From an uncultured Coriobacteriia bacterium (GTDB lineage Bacteria > Actinomycetota > Coriobacteriia > Anaerosomatales > JAAXUF01): 64,000 nt of DNA. The notes below the pieces were generated by a model. It did not search any database, was not told the origin of the DNA, and worked only from the letters and a program-made list of their open reading frames with translations. The position numbers were made by a program, and so were the translations under genes. The stretch lies in NCBI GenBank assembly GCA_963789515.1, contig CAWBKW010000003.1, positions 75,653-139,652 on the forward strand, written 5' to 3'. Of this stretch, positions 1 through 10,180 are shown in pieces. Each line of letters opens with the position of its first letter. The first letter of the stretch is position 1.

Positions 1-1
1 C

Positions 2-1651
2 TATCACTACGAGGGAGTCGCGTTCTACGTGGTGATCGGCGAGTCCGCCGCAACGGACTACCCGGCAGCTCTGGCCGACCGACGGTCGTGTCGGTGGAGC
101 GCCCGACTACCAGCACCGCGGGTCCGGAGTGGATCCAGATCGGCACCGAGGGCGGTTTCCTGCCCAAGCCGGCGATCATCCCGCAGCAGCCGATCACCTG
201 GAACATGGACCCGACGATGTTCAACGTCGGGAACGTCCAGGACCACAGCCTGCTGCTCGGATCAGCCGAGCGCGCCGACGTGATCGTCGACTTCTCGAAG
301 TACGCCGGCAAGACGCTGATCCTGTACAACGACGCCCCCACCGCGTTCCCTGCGCTCGATCCGCGCACCGACTACTTCACGAACGACGAGGACCACACCG
401 ACACGGGCGGCACCAAGTCGACCAAGGCCGGCTACGGTCCCAACACCCGCACCGTGATGCAGATCAAGGTCGCGGCCGCGACGCCGGCACCCGCATTCGA
501 CCTGCAGAAGCTCAACGATGCCTTCACCACCACGGCCACCCAGGACGGCGTGTTCAAGAAGGGCCAGAACCCGATCCACATCCCGGATGCGCGCTACAAC
601 GAGGCGTACAACAAGTCGTTCATCGCCGATCCCTACGTCCGCATCTATCAGAACCGAGACGACCTTCAAGCGGCTCGACGGCGTCACCGTCACCATGCCG
701 CTTGAGCCCAAGGCGATCCAGGACGAGCAGGGAGAGGTCTTCGATCCCGAGTACGGTCGCATGAGTGGCAAGCTCGGACTCGAGCGGCCCGGCACCAACG
801 CCGCGAACCAGAACTTCATCCTCTACAGCTTCTCGGACCCGACGACTGAGATCCTTCAGGACTCGATGACGCCGCTATCGCCGGTTGGCGAAGACGGCAC
901 GCAGGTCTGGAAGATCACTCATAACGGTGTGGACACGCACCCGATCCACTTCCACCTCTACGATGTGCAGCTCATCAACCGCGTCGGCTGGGACGGCTTC
1001 ATCCGCGTGCCGGACGACAACGAACTCGGCTGGAAGGACACCGTGCGCGTGAGTCCGCTCGAGGACACGATCGTGGCCCTCAAGCCGGTCGCACCCAAGC
1101 TGCCGTTCGGCTTGCCCGACAGCGTCCGCCCGCTCAACCCGGCCATTCCGATCGGGTCGACCATGGGCTTCGCCAATATCGACCCGCAGACCGGACAGGC
1201 GATCACGCCGCCCATCACCAACCAGATGGTCAACTTCGGCTGGGAGTACGTGTGGCACTGCCACATCCTGAGCCACGAAGAGATGGACATGATGCGTCCG
1301 CAGTCTCTGATCGTGGCCCGTTCCCTCGCCGACACGCCGACGCTCAACGCGTCGGGGGCACCCGGCTCCGACATCGCATTGAGCTGGACAGACGGCACGC
1401 CCGCCCTCTCCAGCGATCTGGCGACGTGGGGCGACTCGAAGAACGAGACCGCCTTCTTGATCGAGCGGGCAGTCGTGACTGCGGGCGTGCCTGGCACGTT
1501 CGAGCAGATCGGCGCGGCTCTGGCCAACGTGACGTCGTATACCGACACAACCACGGTGGCCGGCACCGACTACGCGTACCGCGTGGTGGCGAAGAACGCC
1601 GCCGGCGAAGTGGTCTCGGCCGTGGTCTTCGTGCCGCCGCTTGCACCGTAG
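2..1651 (+). pseudogene. multicopper oxidase with a C-terminal Fn3-like domain; 5' end lies outside the window; needs about two frame switches (~80, ~665)
   Basis: ORF 518..1651 has the copper-ligand motifs HPIHFHLYD and WHCHILSHEEMDMM. The upstream part continues in ORF 88..705 (PEWIQIGTEGGFLP, TLILYNDAPTAFP) and in a third frame at 2..80. The tail SYTDTTTVAGTDYAYRVVAKNAAGE is Fn3-like. Confidence 0.8.
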
Positions 1652-1687
1652 CCAAGACGTGACGGGCGAACGCGCCCGCCGCTCCGA

Positions 1688-1737
1688 ACGCCCCCTCGGG
1701 GTCCTCGAACTGGGGATTCCGAGGGGGCGTCTCTCTT
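1688..1737 (+). terminator. candidate hairpin terminator after the multicopper oxidase gene
   Basis: 12-nt arms acgccccctcgg / ccgagggggcgt are separated by 19 nt and followed by ctctctt. Confidence 0.4.
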
Positions 1738-1866
1738 GGGGCGGGGAGTCTTCCGGCCGAGGCGGGATCGCCCCGAGGCCTGCCTCGGCCGAGTGTTGTG
1801 CGAAGCAGTCGGGCACATACGCGAGGCGCGTTGATGCTCGTGCTCGGAATGAGATGCACCACGCAA

Positions 1867-1894
1867 AGAGGCCGCCCCTCTCGGGGCGGCCTCT
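1867..1894. terminator. perfect 12-bp hairpin between convergent genes (candidate bidirectional terminator)
   Basis: agaggccgcccc-tctc-ggggcggcctct lies between the + strand oxidase gene and the - strand Ala-rich protein gene. Confidence 0.55.
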
Positions 1895-1946
1895 GGATAT
1901 CAGTTGGCGATCATCGTCGCATCTGCGACCGTGAGCGCGACTCCCG

Positions 1947-2477
1947 CTAGCCTGCGATCTTCTCCCAGAGCTTGACCCACCACGGCCTCGCTCTGAGCGC
2001 TGCCTGCTCCGCCGCTACCCGGGCCTTCACCTGGGCCACGACTTCGATTCGCAGCGCTGCGGCCTCAGCCTCTTCTCTTGCCTTGGTCTCCGCCTCTTCG
2101 CGGGCCGCGGCTTCCGCCTTGGCCTGCGCTTCAGCCTTGGCCTGTGCCTCTGCCTGCGCCTTCGCTTTGGCCCTCGCCTTGGCTTCAGCCTTGGCCTGTG
2201 CCGCGGCCTTCGCGGCTGCCTGCGCGTTCGCCTTTGCAGCGGCGGTGGCTGCAGCGTCGGCCTTGGCCTGAGCGGCTGCCTTGGCCTTCGCCTGGGCAGC
2301 GGCCTTCGAGCTTGAACTGGAGGAGGATGACGAGGTGGTTACTCGGTGGCAACCGCTGCGTCCATGTCCTGCGGAAGGATTGCAGGACTTGCCGGGCCGG
2401 CTGAGAGCAACGGTGGGCGCTGAGAGCAGTGTGACCCCGAATGCGAGCGCGACAACAGAAGCTACGATTCTCTTCAT
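1947..2477 (-). CDS. secreted low-complexity protein: signal peptide, poly-Ser run, then Ala/Lys/Gln/Glu-rich repeat or coiled-coil region
   Basis: Uses internal start MKRIVASVVALAFGVTLLSAPTVALS of ORF 1947..2585, followed by SSSSSSSSS and AKAKAAAQAKA-type repeats. No family recognised. Confidence 0.55.
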   Translation of the reverse strand: MKRIVASVVALAFGVTLLSAPTVALSRPGKSCNPSAGHGRSGCHRVTTSSSSSSSSSKAAAQAKAKAAAQAKADAAATAAAKANAQAAAKAAAQAKAEAKARAKAKAQAEAQAKAEAQAKAEAAAREEAETKAREEAEAAALRIEVVAQVKARVAAEQAALRARPWWVKLWEKIAG

Positions 2478-2641
2478 GAACCAATCCCTTTCAATCGGTT
2501 CCGTCTGAGAAGCAACCGTTGTGCCGCTTCGGAGTGCATTAGAAAACCCAAAGAAGCAGCGTGCGGGGCCCACGCGACGTTCCATCCACCTAGATCGGGG
2601 CCGTTCGTCCTTCGCTCCAAGGCACTGGCTCGGCTCCGGAC

Positions 2642-3452
2642 TCAGCGCTGACCAGTTTCAGCGCGCCCTCGGCGCAGCTTCCCACGCACGCACCGCAGCC
2701 GAGGCAGCCGTCCGGATCGACGCGCACAGTGCCCGTGCCGTCGAGCGAGAGCGCCTCAAACGCGCAGGTGTCGATGCATCCGCCGCATGCGGTGCAGCGT
2801 TCATCGGCGACTTCGGCGACGAAGCCGGAGCCTGCGAGGGGGCTGAACCCGGCGCGCTGCCGACTTCAGGCCGATGCAGCAGCAGCTGCAGCAGTTGCAC
2901 ATCGCGTACATGCGCCCCGCGGCGGCGTCCTTGAACCAGAGCGTGTGGATCTCGCCTCGCTCTGCCGCCGACTCCACCACTGCGAGCGCCTCGTCCGCGG
3001 TGACACGTCGTGCGCCCGGCTGCTTCTCGGCGACGAACGATGCGATGGGATCGCCGATGTAGAGGCAGGCCTCGAGCGGGCCGCACGTGCCCTCGCGGGT
3101 GCCGCGGCTCTCGGCGACGGACCGGCATGCGCAGCGGGCGAGTGTGATCGCGGCCGGCGACTCCAGGACGATGTCGCGGGCGACGGCGAAAGGGACGACG
3201 CTTTCCAGGTTGCGGTACGTCGATGGGTTGGTCGATCTCGATGAGCCGTCGTGCGTCGGAGGTGGGGACGACCTTGGCGTGATGGGTGCGCTCGAGGTGT
3301 CGGCCGGCCGCCGAGCGCAGCGGCTCGAAGAGCCGATCGCGCTCGAGGAAGTAGCGGACGACCGCCATGTAGCGTGACGTCCAACGGTAGTAGAGGTAGC
3401 CGTGCACCGCGCGGTCGGGTCGGCGAGGCTGCAGTCGCAGAAAGAGTCCCAT
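2642..3452 (-). pseudogene. 4Fe-4S dicluster-domain protein with a Cys-rich CNCCSCCC segment; needs 2-3 frame switches
   Basis: The N-terminus is in ORF 2658..3452. My translation of the other minus frames gives HTLWFKDAAAGRMYAMCNCCSCCC and a C-terminus CTACGGCIDTCAFEAL...CLGCGACVGSCAEGALKLVSA with a stop at 2642-2644. Confidence 0.6.
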
Positions 3453-3525
3453 GGCGCGTCAGTCTAGAGCGTGTTCGCCCGCGCCGCCATGAACCGCGCG
3501 GTCAGTTCGGCGCGAGTCGGCCGCC

Positions 3526-4383
3526 TCAGTACCGCGTCGGCACGAACGTCTGCGAGTCGATGGGCACGCGCACGTAGCCCTTGCTCGCCGGCTTGCGCGG
3601 GCGCAGGACCATGGCGGGAGGCATGACGTCCTGGTAGGGGATGACGCTCAGCAGGTGGCTGATGGTGTTGAGCCGCGCGCGCTTCTTGTCGTTGCTGTCC
3701 ACGACCCACCACGGCGAGTCCTTGGTGTCGGTGTACTTGAACATCTCGTCCTTGGCGCGCGAGTACTCTTCCCAGCGGTCGCGACCCTCGAGGTCCATCT
3801 CCGAGAACTTCCAGCGCTTGAGCGGGTTGTCCAGACGGTCCTGGAAGCGCCGGTCCTGCTCCTCGTCGGAAACCGAGAACCAGTACTTGACCAGCGTGAT
3901 GCCCGAGCGGATGAGCATCCGCTCGAACTCGGGGCAGTCGCGGAAGAACTCCTCGACCTGCTCGGGGGTGGCGAAGCCCATCACGCGCTCGACACCTGCG
4001 CGGTTGTACCAGGAGCGGTCGAAGAGCACGATCTCTCCGGCTGCGGGGAGCTGCTCGACGTAGCGCTGGAAGTACCACTGCGACTGCTCGCGGTCGGTGG
4101 GCGAGGGGAGCGCCACCACGCGGCAGACGCGGGGGTTGAGCGCCTCGGTGACGCGCTTGATCGTGCCGCCCTTGCCCGCGGCGTCGCGCCCCTCGAAGAT
4201 CACGACCACGCGCAGGCCCTCTTGCCGCACCCACTCCTGCAGCTTGACCAGTTCGATCTGGAGCTTCAGCAGTTCCGACTCATAGTAGTCGCGGTCGAGC
4301 TTTCCGTTCTTGGTCGTGTGGGGTTCACGCTCCTGAGACGGGGGCTTTTCGGTCTGGGCGTGTTTGGGCTCGTCCTTGGACAT
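3526..4383 (-). CDS. ppk2: polyphosphate kinase 2 (PPK2 family)
   Basis: VVVIFEGRDAAGKGGTIKRV (Walker A), SQWYFQRY, FDRSWYNRAGVERVMGF, WWVVDSNDKKRARLN. Start chosen at MSKDEPKH (ATG 4383) within ORF 3526..4575. Confidence 0.9.
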   Translation of the reverse strand: MSKDEPKHAQTEKPPSQEREPHTTKNGKLDRDYYESELLKLQIELVKLQEWVRQEGLRVVVIFEGRDAAGKGGTIKRVTEALNPRVCRVVALPSPTDREQSQWYFQRYVEQLPAAGEIVLFDRSWYNRAGVERVMGFATPEQVEEFFRDCPEFERMLIRSGITLVKYWFSVSDEEQDRRFQDRLDNPLKRWKFSEMDLEGRDRWEEYSRAKDEMFKYTDTKDSPWWVVDSNDKKRARLNTISHLLSVIPYQDVMPPAMVLRPRKPASKGYVRVPIDSQTFVPTRY

Positions 4384-4544
4384 CCGGAGGCTCCTTGGCG
4401 ACGCGTGGGCTGTCAGGACAGATGGTACCCCTGCGCAGGGCGGGCCGTCGCATCCGGCTCGCACACGATTCGCCGAGGCGGGTACAATGCAAGCGCAACC
4501 GCAGACGATTCCGAGCCCCGCGCTCGCCGTACCGAGGAGCCGAC

Positions 4545-4799
4545 ATGACCGACGAGACCAGCCCGGACGCACCACAGGAAGCCCCCGAGGGTTCTCCGGC
4601 CGACGCCCCTGCCGAGCAGCCCGAGGACAAGCACCGCCTCAAGCACGAGCTGCGGGGGGCCATCGGCAAGGTCGTCGGGATCGCCGTGGAGACCGGCTCG
4701 ATGCTGTCGGGCAACTCCGGGGAGTTGGTCTCGGCCGAGAGCGCCGTTGCCGAGGCCGACACGGAGAAGTTGATCGACCGCATCGACGGCGAAGGCTGA
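4545..4799 (+). CDS. small acidic hypothetical protein (84 aa)
   Basis: ATG at 4545 (MTDETSPDAPQEAPEG...) within ORF 4395..4799. No recognised domain. Confidence 0.4.
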   Translation: MTDETSPDAPQEAPEGSPADAPAEQPEDKHRLKHELRGAIGKVVGIAVETGSMLSGNSGELVSAESAVAEADTEKLIDRIDGEG

Positions 4800-4898
4800 T
4801 TCGGCGGATCGCGGTGTAGTACCCTTCCTCTCACGGCGCCGGTTCGCGAGGCGGCGCCCGATCGTGGAGACCTCGCGACTCGGGGAAAGGGAATCGCG

Positions 4899-5477
4899 AT
4901 GACTGATGTCAACCGGATCGGCGCGAAGATCACGACACTGCGCGAGTCGCTGCAGCTCTCCCAGGCCGATCTCGCTGAGCGCTGCGACTGCGACATCTCG
5001 GTCATCGAAGGGCTCGAAGACGGTCAGCTCGCGCCGTCACTCGCGCCGCTCATCAAGGTCACCAGGGCGCTCGGCGTCCGTCTCGGCACGTTGCTCGACG
5101 ACGATGCACAGGTCGGGCCGGTCGTCACACGATGGGACCAGGCAGAGGAGGTCTCGCGACTCAAGTCGCTCGAGACCTCGTCCGACGGCGGCGTGCTTGA
5201 CTTCTTCTCGCTTGCCGAGGGCAAGAACTCCCGCCACATGGAGCCGTTCATGATCACGGTGAACCCGGCTGCTACAGGCACCCACTCGCTCTCGAGCCAC
5301 GAGGGAGAGGAGTTCGTCTACGTCATCGACGGCAGTGTCGAGATCGAGTACGGCAAGGACCTGCACGTGCTGGGCGTGGGCGACAGTATCTACTACGACT
5401 CGATCGTCCCGCACCAGCTCCGAGCTCACGGTGATGCGATCGCGCACATCCTGGCCGTCGTCTACGCACCGGCTTAG
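4899..5477 (+). CDS. XRE-family HTH transcriptional regulator with a C-terminal cupin domain
   Basis: The N-terminus IGAKITTLRESLQLSQADLAERCDCDISVIEGLEDG is HTH_3-like. The C-terminus GEEFVYVIDGSVEIEYG...GDSIYYDSIVPHQLRA is cupin-like. Confidence 0.8.
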   Translation: MTDVNRIGAKITTLRESLQLSQADLAERCDCDISVIEGLEDGQLAPSLAPLIKVTRALGVRLGTLLDDDAQVGPVVTRWDQAEEVSRLKSLETSSDGGVLDFFSLAEGKNSRHMEPFMITVNPAATGTHSLSSHEGEEFVYVIDGSVEIEYGKDLHVLGVGDSIYYDSIVPHQLRAHGDAIAHILAVVYAPA

Positions 5478-5489
5478 GGGGCGACCGGC

Positions 5490-7166
5490 GTGCCGCATAC
5501 CGAGCAGACCATCGGCGACTACTTCGAGAAGGTCGTCGCTGCAGGCCCCGACCGGGAGTTCGTCGTCTACCCCGACCGCGACCTCCGCTGGACCTATGCC
5601 GAGTTCGACGAGCGAGTCGACCGGCTCGCGAAGGGGTTGCTCGCCATCGGGATGGAGCCCGGCGACCACCTGGGCATCTGGGCGCGCAACGTGCCCGACT
5701 GGCTGACGTTCATGTTCGCGACGGCCAAGATCGGCGTCGTGCTGGTGACCGTCAACCCCGTCTACAAGAGCCACGAGCTCGCGTACGTGATCAAGCAGAG
5801 CGACATGAAGGCGCTCGTCATCATCGATGCGTTCCGCGACGTCGACTACATCGAGATCGTCCGCGGACTCGTTCCCGAGACGTCGACGCAGGAGCGCGGA
5901 CGGCTGTCCTCGGCGGAGTTCCCGACGCTCAAGTCGCTCATCTACATGGGCCCCGAGAAGCACCGCGGCTTCTACAACGTGCCCGAGCTGCTGGTTCTCG
6001 GTGAGCATGCCCCGGACGCCATCCTGGACTCGGCCAAGTCCGGACTCGCCAACACCGACACCATCAACATGCAGTACACCTCGGGCACGACCGGCTTTCC
6101 CAAGGGCGTCATGCTCACGCACCGAAACATCCTCAACAACGGGTTCTGGATCGGCGAGCGTCAGAAGTTCACCGCCGAAGACCGCGTCTGCCTGCCGGTG
6201 CCGCTCTTCCACTGCTTCGGCTGCGTCCTGGGGGTGCTCGCCACCCTGACGCACGGCGGCACGCTCGTGATGGTGGAGAGCTTCGACCCGGTCATCGTTC
6301 TGGCCGCTGTGCAGAAGGCGAAGGCGACCGCGCTCTACGGCGTGCCGACGATGTTCATCGCCGAGTTGGCGCATCCGATGTTCGACCTGTTCGACCTCTC
6401 GTCGCTGCGTACCGGCATCATGGCCGGCTCGCCGTGCCCGATCGAGACGATGAAGCAGGTCATCGAGCGCATGCACGCGAGCGAGATCACCATCGCGTAC
6501 GGCCTGACCGAGGCGTCACCCGTGTTCACGCAGACTTCGACCGACGACACCATGGAGCGCCGCTGCGAGACGGTGGGCCAGGCGCTTCCGGAGATCGAAG
6601 TGCGCGTCGTCGACCCGGAGACCGGCAACGACTGCCCGCCGAACACGCCGGGCGAGCTCCTGTGCCGCGGCTACAACATCATGAAGGGCTACTACGGCAT
6701 GCCCGAGGCCACCGCCAATGCTGTGGACGCCGAAGGGTGGCTGCACTCGGGCGACATCGGCACGGTCGACGAGGACGGCTACTACCGGATCACCGGCCGC
6801 ATCAAGGACATGATCATCCGGGGCGGCGAGAACATCTACCCGCGCGAGATCGAGGAGTTCCTCTACACGATGCCGGGCGTGGAAGACGCGCAGGTTGTCG
6901 GCGTTCCCGACGCCAAGTATGGTGAGGTCGTCGGCGCGTTCATCCGCTTGAAGGCCGGCGCCGACATCACCGAAGGCGATGTCCAGGAGTTCGCTCGGGC
7001 GAGGATGGCGCGCTACAAGGCGCCGAAGTATGTGTTCTTCGTCGACGAGTATCCGATGACCGCATCGGGCAAGATCCAGAAGTTCAAGCTGCGCGACATG
7101 GCCGCCGAGTCACTCGGCCTGTCTGCTGTGAAGGTGTTCGCGAGCGAGGCACGTGGTGAGGCGTAG
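5490..7166 (+). CDS. AMP-dependent synthetase/ligase (acyl-CoA synthetase family)
   Basis: Contains [24 protein letters not shown]-like AYGLTEASP, and [35 protein letters not shown]...SGKIQK. Intact 558-aa ORF with a GTG start. Confidence 0.9.
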   Translation: MPHTEQTIGDYFEKVVAAGPDREFVVYPDRDLRWTYAEFDERVDRLAKGLLAIGMEPGDHLGIWARNVPDWLTFMFATAKIGVVLVTVNPVYKSHELAYVIKQSDMKALVIIDAFRDVDYIEIVRGLVPETSTQERGRLSSAEFPTLKSLIYMGPEKHRGFYNVPELLVLGEHAPDAILDSAKSGLANTDTINMQYTSGTTGFPKGVMLTHRNILNNGFWIGERQKFTAEDRVCLPVPLFHCFGCVLGVLATLTHGGTLVMVESFDPVIVLAAVQKAKATALYGVPTMFIAELAHPMFDLFDLSSLRTGIMAGSPCPIETMKQVIERMHASEITIAYGLTEASPVFTQTSTDDTMERRCETVGQALPEIEVRVVDPETGNDCPPNTPGELLCRGYNIMKGYYGMPEATANAVDAEGWLHSGDIGTVDEDGYYRITGRIKDMIIRGGENIYPREIEEFLYTMPGVEDAQVVGVPDAKYGEVVGAFIRLKAGADITEGDVQEFARARMARYKAPKYVFFVDEYPMTASGKIQKFKLRDMAAESLGLSAVKVFASEARGEA

Positions 7167-7227
7167 GCGTGGGTGAAGGTCGCGCGAACCGTGCGCGCTC
7201 TCTGTTGCGAAAAGAAGGGTGATCCTG

Positions 7228-8013
7228 ATGAAGAGGTTCTCGGTGCTCGCACTGCTCGGCCTGGTGATCGGGGCCATGGCGTTGTCCGCGGGGTGCGCGT
7301 CATCCGGCGGGGGTGTGAAGTCGGCAGGCGAGCTCGCTGGGACCGACTGGTCCCTCGTCGGCTCGAGCCTCAGTTCGAGTGACCTGGGGGCGGCGAAGAT
7401 CACCGCGGCCTTCGACGCCACACAGATGAGCGGCTTCTCCGGAGTCAATCAGTACAGCGGACCCTACACGGCCGACCCGAGCAGCGGATCCTTCAAGGCG
7501 GGACCTCTCGCCGGAACTCTGATGGCCGGACCTGAGCCTCTCATGACTGCCGAGGGCGCCTATCTCAAGCTGCTCGAGGGCTGTGACTCGTACAAGATCG
7601 AGGGCGGCAAGCTCACGCTGTCAACGGGCGGGAACGTGAGCCTGACGTACGAGGCTGCCGCCAAGGCCGAGCTGCCCGGGAGCAAGTGGGTGGTCACGGG
7701 CTACAACAACGGCAAGCAAGCGGTGACCGGCCCAGCTGTGGACTCGACGCTGACGGTCGCGTTCGGCACCGATGGCAAGGTCGGCGGCAACGGCGGCGTG
7801 AACACCTTCAGCGGGGACTTCGAGTCCGGGCCGTCTTCGGTCAAGATCGGCCCGCTCGCGTCCACCAAGATGGCCGGTTCGCCGGAGCTCATGGAGCAGG
7901 AAGCGGCGTACCTCGCGGCCCTCCAGAACTCGACCACGTGGGAGATCCAGTCGGGCAAGCTCACGATGCGTGACGCGACCGGGGCCATGCAGATCAACGG
8001 CATCAAGCCCTAG
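7228..8013 (+). CDS. lipoprotein with two META (HslJ-like) domains
   Basis: Lipobox MALSAGC. Two repeats of the pattern W.L.G...F...GKV.G..GVN.Y.G.Y...GPLA.T.MAG...M..E..YL..L.....Y.I..GKLT. Confidence 0.75.
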   Translation: MKRFSVLALLGLVIGAMALSAGCASSGGGVKSAGELAGTDWSLVGSSLSSSDLGAAKITAAFDATQMSGFSGVNQYSGPYTADPSSGSFKAGPLAGTLMAGPEPLMTAEGAYLKLLEGCDSYKIEGGKLTLSTGGNVSLTYEAAAKAELPGSKWVVTGYNNGKQAVTGPAVDSTLTVAFGTDGKVGGNGGVNTFSGDFESGPSSVKIGPLASTKMAGSPELMEQEAAYLAALQNSTTWEIQSGKLTMRDATGAMQINGIKP

Positions 8014-8020
8014 ACCGGAC

Positions 8021-8263
8021 CTACTTCTTCCGAAGCTTCTTGCAGGAGCCGTCGCAGTACGGCGGCTTCTTCGTGAGCCCGCAGTTGCAGATCTTGACCG
8101 TCTTCTTGTCGGCGATCTTGAACTTGACGGGCTTGGCGCCCTTGCAGGTCCCGTCACACCACGGGACCTTCTTGGTCTTGCCGCAGGCGCACCACTTGTA
8201 GCTGCCCGGCTTCAGCTCGATCTTGAGCGGGTGCTTCTTGTCCTTCATGTTCTCGAACTTCAT
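8021..8263 (-). CDS. CDGSH-type iron-sulfur domain protein; two motifs, both with Cys in place of the His ligand
   Basis: MKFENMKDKK...WCACGKTKKVPWCDGTCKG...ICNCGLTKKPPYCDGSCKK. ATG at 8263 lies 12 nt after the CapA-like stop. Confidence 0.75.
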   Translation of the reverse strand: MKFENMKDKKHPLKIELKPGSYKWCACGKTKKVPWCDGTCKGAKPVKFKIADKKTVKICNCGLTKKPPYCDGSCKKLRKK

Positions 8264-8274
8264 GGGATCTCTTC

Positions 8275-9477
8275 CTACTCGCCGGGGCCGAAGTAGCCCT
8301 TCGCGTCCATCTTGAATGTGTCCTTGAAGTCTTCGGCTGACAGCCTTCTCACGAGCTCGGCCGAGGTGTGTTTGGAGTCGGTCACCGGCACGCCCGGGTC
8401 GGCGAGCTTGAGCGACAGCCACCTTCCACCGAGGATATCCCCGTTCTTGTCGACCTTCACCGTGAGCAGGCCGGAGAGCGCCAGATCGCCGCTCCGGTTG
8501 AAGTTGCTCCAGCCGGCGAAGTTGCCGAGCGAGTAGGCGATGAGCTTGCCGTTGTAGCGCTCCACGCCGCGCACCACGTGGGGGCCCGAGCCCAGGACCA
8601 TGCTGGCGCCGGCGTCGACCATCGCGTGCGAGAAGGCCCGCGGGTCGCCGCGGAACTCGCCGTAGGCCTTCTCGGCGCCCTTGGGCGTGTGCTTCTTGTC
8701 GGCGCCCTCCGCTCCGGCGTGCATGAGGACCACCACCACGTCCGACTGTTCCTTGGCCTTGCGTACGAGTCTGCTTGCCGCCGAGATGTCTGCGATGCTC
8801 GCATTCCAGCGATACGGCGAGAAGGCGACGAACGCCACCTTCACTCCGTTTGCCTCGCGCACGGTGATCTGACCCGGAAGGCCGGTGCTGGCGATGTCAT
8901 TGGCGGCCAGCGCCTTGCGCGTCGAGGACAGACCCTTCTCGAAGTAGTCGTAGGAGTGGTTGTTCGCCAGGCTCATCACGTCGAATCCGGCCCAGGCGAG
9001 CGCCTCGGCGTTCTTGGGCGGGGCCTGGAACGAGTAGCTGTTCGAGCTGTCGCCGTCGCTCTTGGACTTGCCGCCATCGCCGAACGTGCCTTCCAGGTTA
9101 CCGACCATCAGGTCGGGTCCGAGGAGTCGCTTCCGCACCTTCTCGAAGAGCGCACGCCCGTTTCGGGGAGGGGAGCCGTACTTGGAGCCGGGAGTGGTGT
9201 CGCCCACCCACCCGATCTCGACGACGCCCTGGCTGGCCTGCGTCGAGACGGTCGCTGACGCCGCGCCTGCGGCGGCGACCGCGCCGGTCGGGACCGAGCT
9301 GGCCGGGGCCGAAGGGCTTGCGGTCTGCGATGCGCCCTGCGTCGTGGACGGGCGAGGGTCCGCGGCGGGGGAGGCGGGGCCCCGAGCGCAGCCGCTCGCG
9401 AGGACGAGCGCCAGCGGGAAGACCGCGAGCGCGCAGACCACACGCGCGAGGGCGTGTCGGGCCGCGTTCGGGCGCAT
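8275..9477 (-). CDS. CapA/PGA_cap family metallophosphatase-like lipoprotein
   Basis: SLANNHSYDY, VVVLMHAGAEG, GSGPHVVRGVERYNGKLIAYSLGNF. Start chosen at MRPNAARHAL...LASGC (lipobox) within ORF 8275..9552. Confidence 0.8.
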   Translation of the reverse strand: MRPNAARHALARVVCALAVFPLALVLASGCARGPASPAADPRPSTTQGASQTASPSAPASSVPTGAVAAAGAASATVSTQASQGVVEIGWVGDTTPGSKYGSPPRNGRALFEKVRKRLLGPDLMVGNLEGTFGDGGKSKSDGDSSNSYSFQAPPKNAEALAWAGFDVMSLANNHSYDYFEKGLSSTRKALAANDIASTGLPGQITVREANGVKVAFVAFSPYRWNASIADISAASRLVRKAKEQSDVVVVLMHAGAEGADKKHTPKGAEKAYGEFRGDPRAFSHAMVDAGASMVLGSGPHVVRGVERYNGKLIAYSLGNFAGWSNFNRSGDLALSGLLTVKVDKNGDILGGRWLSLKLADPGVPVTDSKHTSAELVRRLSAEDFKDTFKMDAKGYFGPGE

Positions 9478-9584
9478 GCGGGGGGTGCGAGCAGGAGTTG
9501 TCGGCACGGCCGGAGGTCCTCCATCAACGGGTGCGGGCTTCCGCGTGTACAATCTACCCGAGATTGACCGAGCCAGGGAGTCAC

Positions 9585-10157
9585 ATGACCGTCGCCGAGA
9601 AGTCCGTCTACGAGATCCGCTGGCATGGCCGGGGCGGGCAGGGTGCGGTCACGAGCGCCAAGATCCTCGCCGATGCCGCGTACCGCAGCGGCTTCGCGGG
9701 CGTGACCTCGCAGCCCTCGTTCGGCGCCGAGCGGCGGGGTGCGCCCATCACCGCGTCCACTCGGCTTGCCCATGAGCCGATTCGCGTCCTGAACCAGGTC
9801 AGCGAGCCCGACATCGTGGTGGTGCTCGATGACTCGCTGCTGCAGGTCGGTGGCGCCGCCTCAGGCGTCAAGCCGGGCGGGCTGCTCATCGTCAACACCA
9901 CACGGCCCGCTGCGGATCTGGGGGTGTCCGGCGACTTCGACGTCGTCACAGCCGACGTGACGGGGGCGGCCGAAGCCGTCGACCTCATCGTTGGTGGACA
10001 GCCGATGGTGTCGACCGCGATACTCGGTAGCTTCGCTGCCGCGACCGGTCTCATCGACCTGGGCAGCGTCGAGCAGGCGATCGGGCACGTGTTCACCGGA
10101 AAGGCTGCCACGAAGAACATCGAGGCTGCACGCATCGCGTTCGAATGCACGCACTGA
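9585..10157 (+). CDS. 2-oxoacid:ferredoxin oxidoreductase gamma subunit (por/vor type)
   Basis: EIRWHGRGGQGAVTSAKILADAAY...SFGAERRGAP. ATG 9585 is preceded by AGGGAG. Confidence 0.85.
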   Translation: MTVAEKSVYEIRWHGRGGQGAVTSAKILADAAYRSGFAGVTSQPSFGAERRGAPITASTRLAHEPIRVLNQVSEPDIVVVLDDSLLQVGGAASGVKPGGLLIVNTTRPAADLGVSGDFDVVTADVTGAAEAVDLIVGGQPMVSTAILGSFAAATGLIDLGSVEQAIGHVFTGKAATKNIEAARIAFECTH

Positions 10158-10180
10158 CCGTGAAACGACAGGAGATACAG

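Noticed and set aside
2100-2300. Repetitive DNA considered as a possible CRISPR array or non-coding tandem repeat; the 59930-60000 PVTPVTPVTP tract was considered too.
   Set aside because: The repeats are short, imperfect and in frame within coding low-complexity regions, and they lack a spacer architecture. No CRISPR array was seen anywhere in the window.
4545-4580. A shared MTDET(S/T)P N-terminus between the small acidic protein (4545) and the PASTA protein (14559).
   Set aside because: The similarity is confined to a few residues followed by compositionally biased Pro/Glu/Ala sequence. That is too short to argue for homology.
5037-6476. Long antisense ORFs, for example 5037..6476(-), 19947..21236(-), 21489..23687(+), 26095..27894(-), 60518..61582(+) and 56512..57777(+).
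   Set aside because: Each lies opposite a gene with clear family motifs. Their translations are Arg/Gly/His/Asp-rich, as is typical of shadow frames in ~70% GC DNA.
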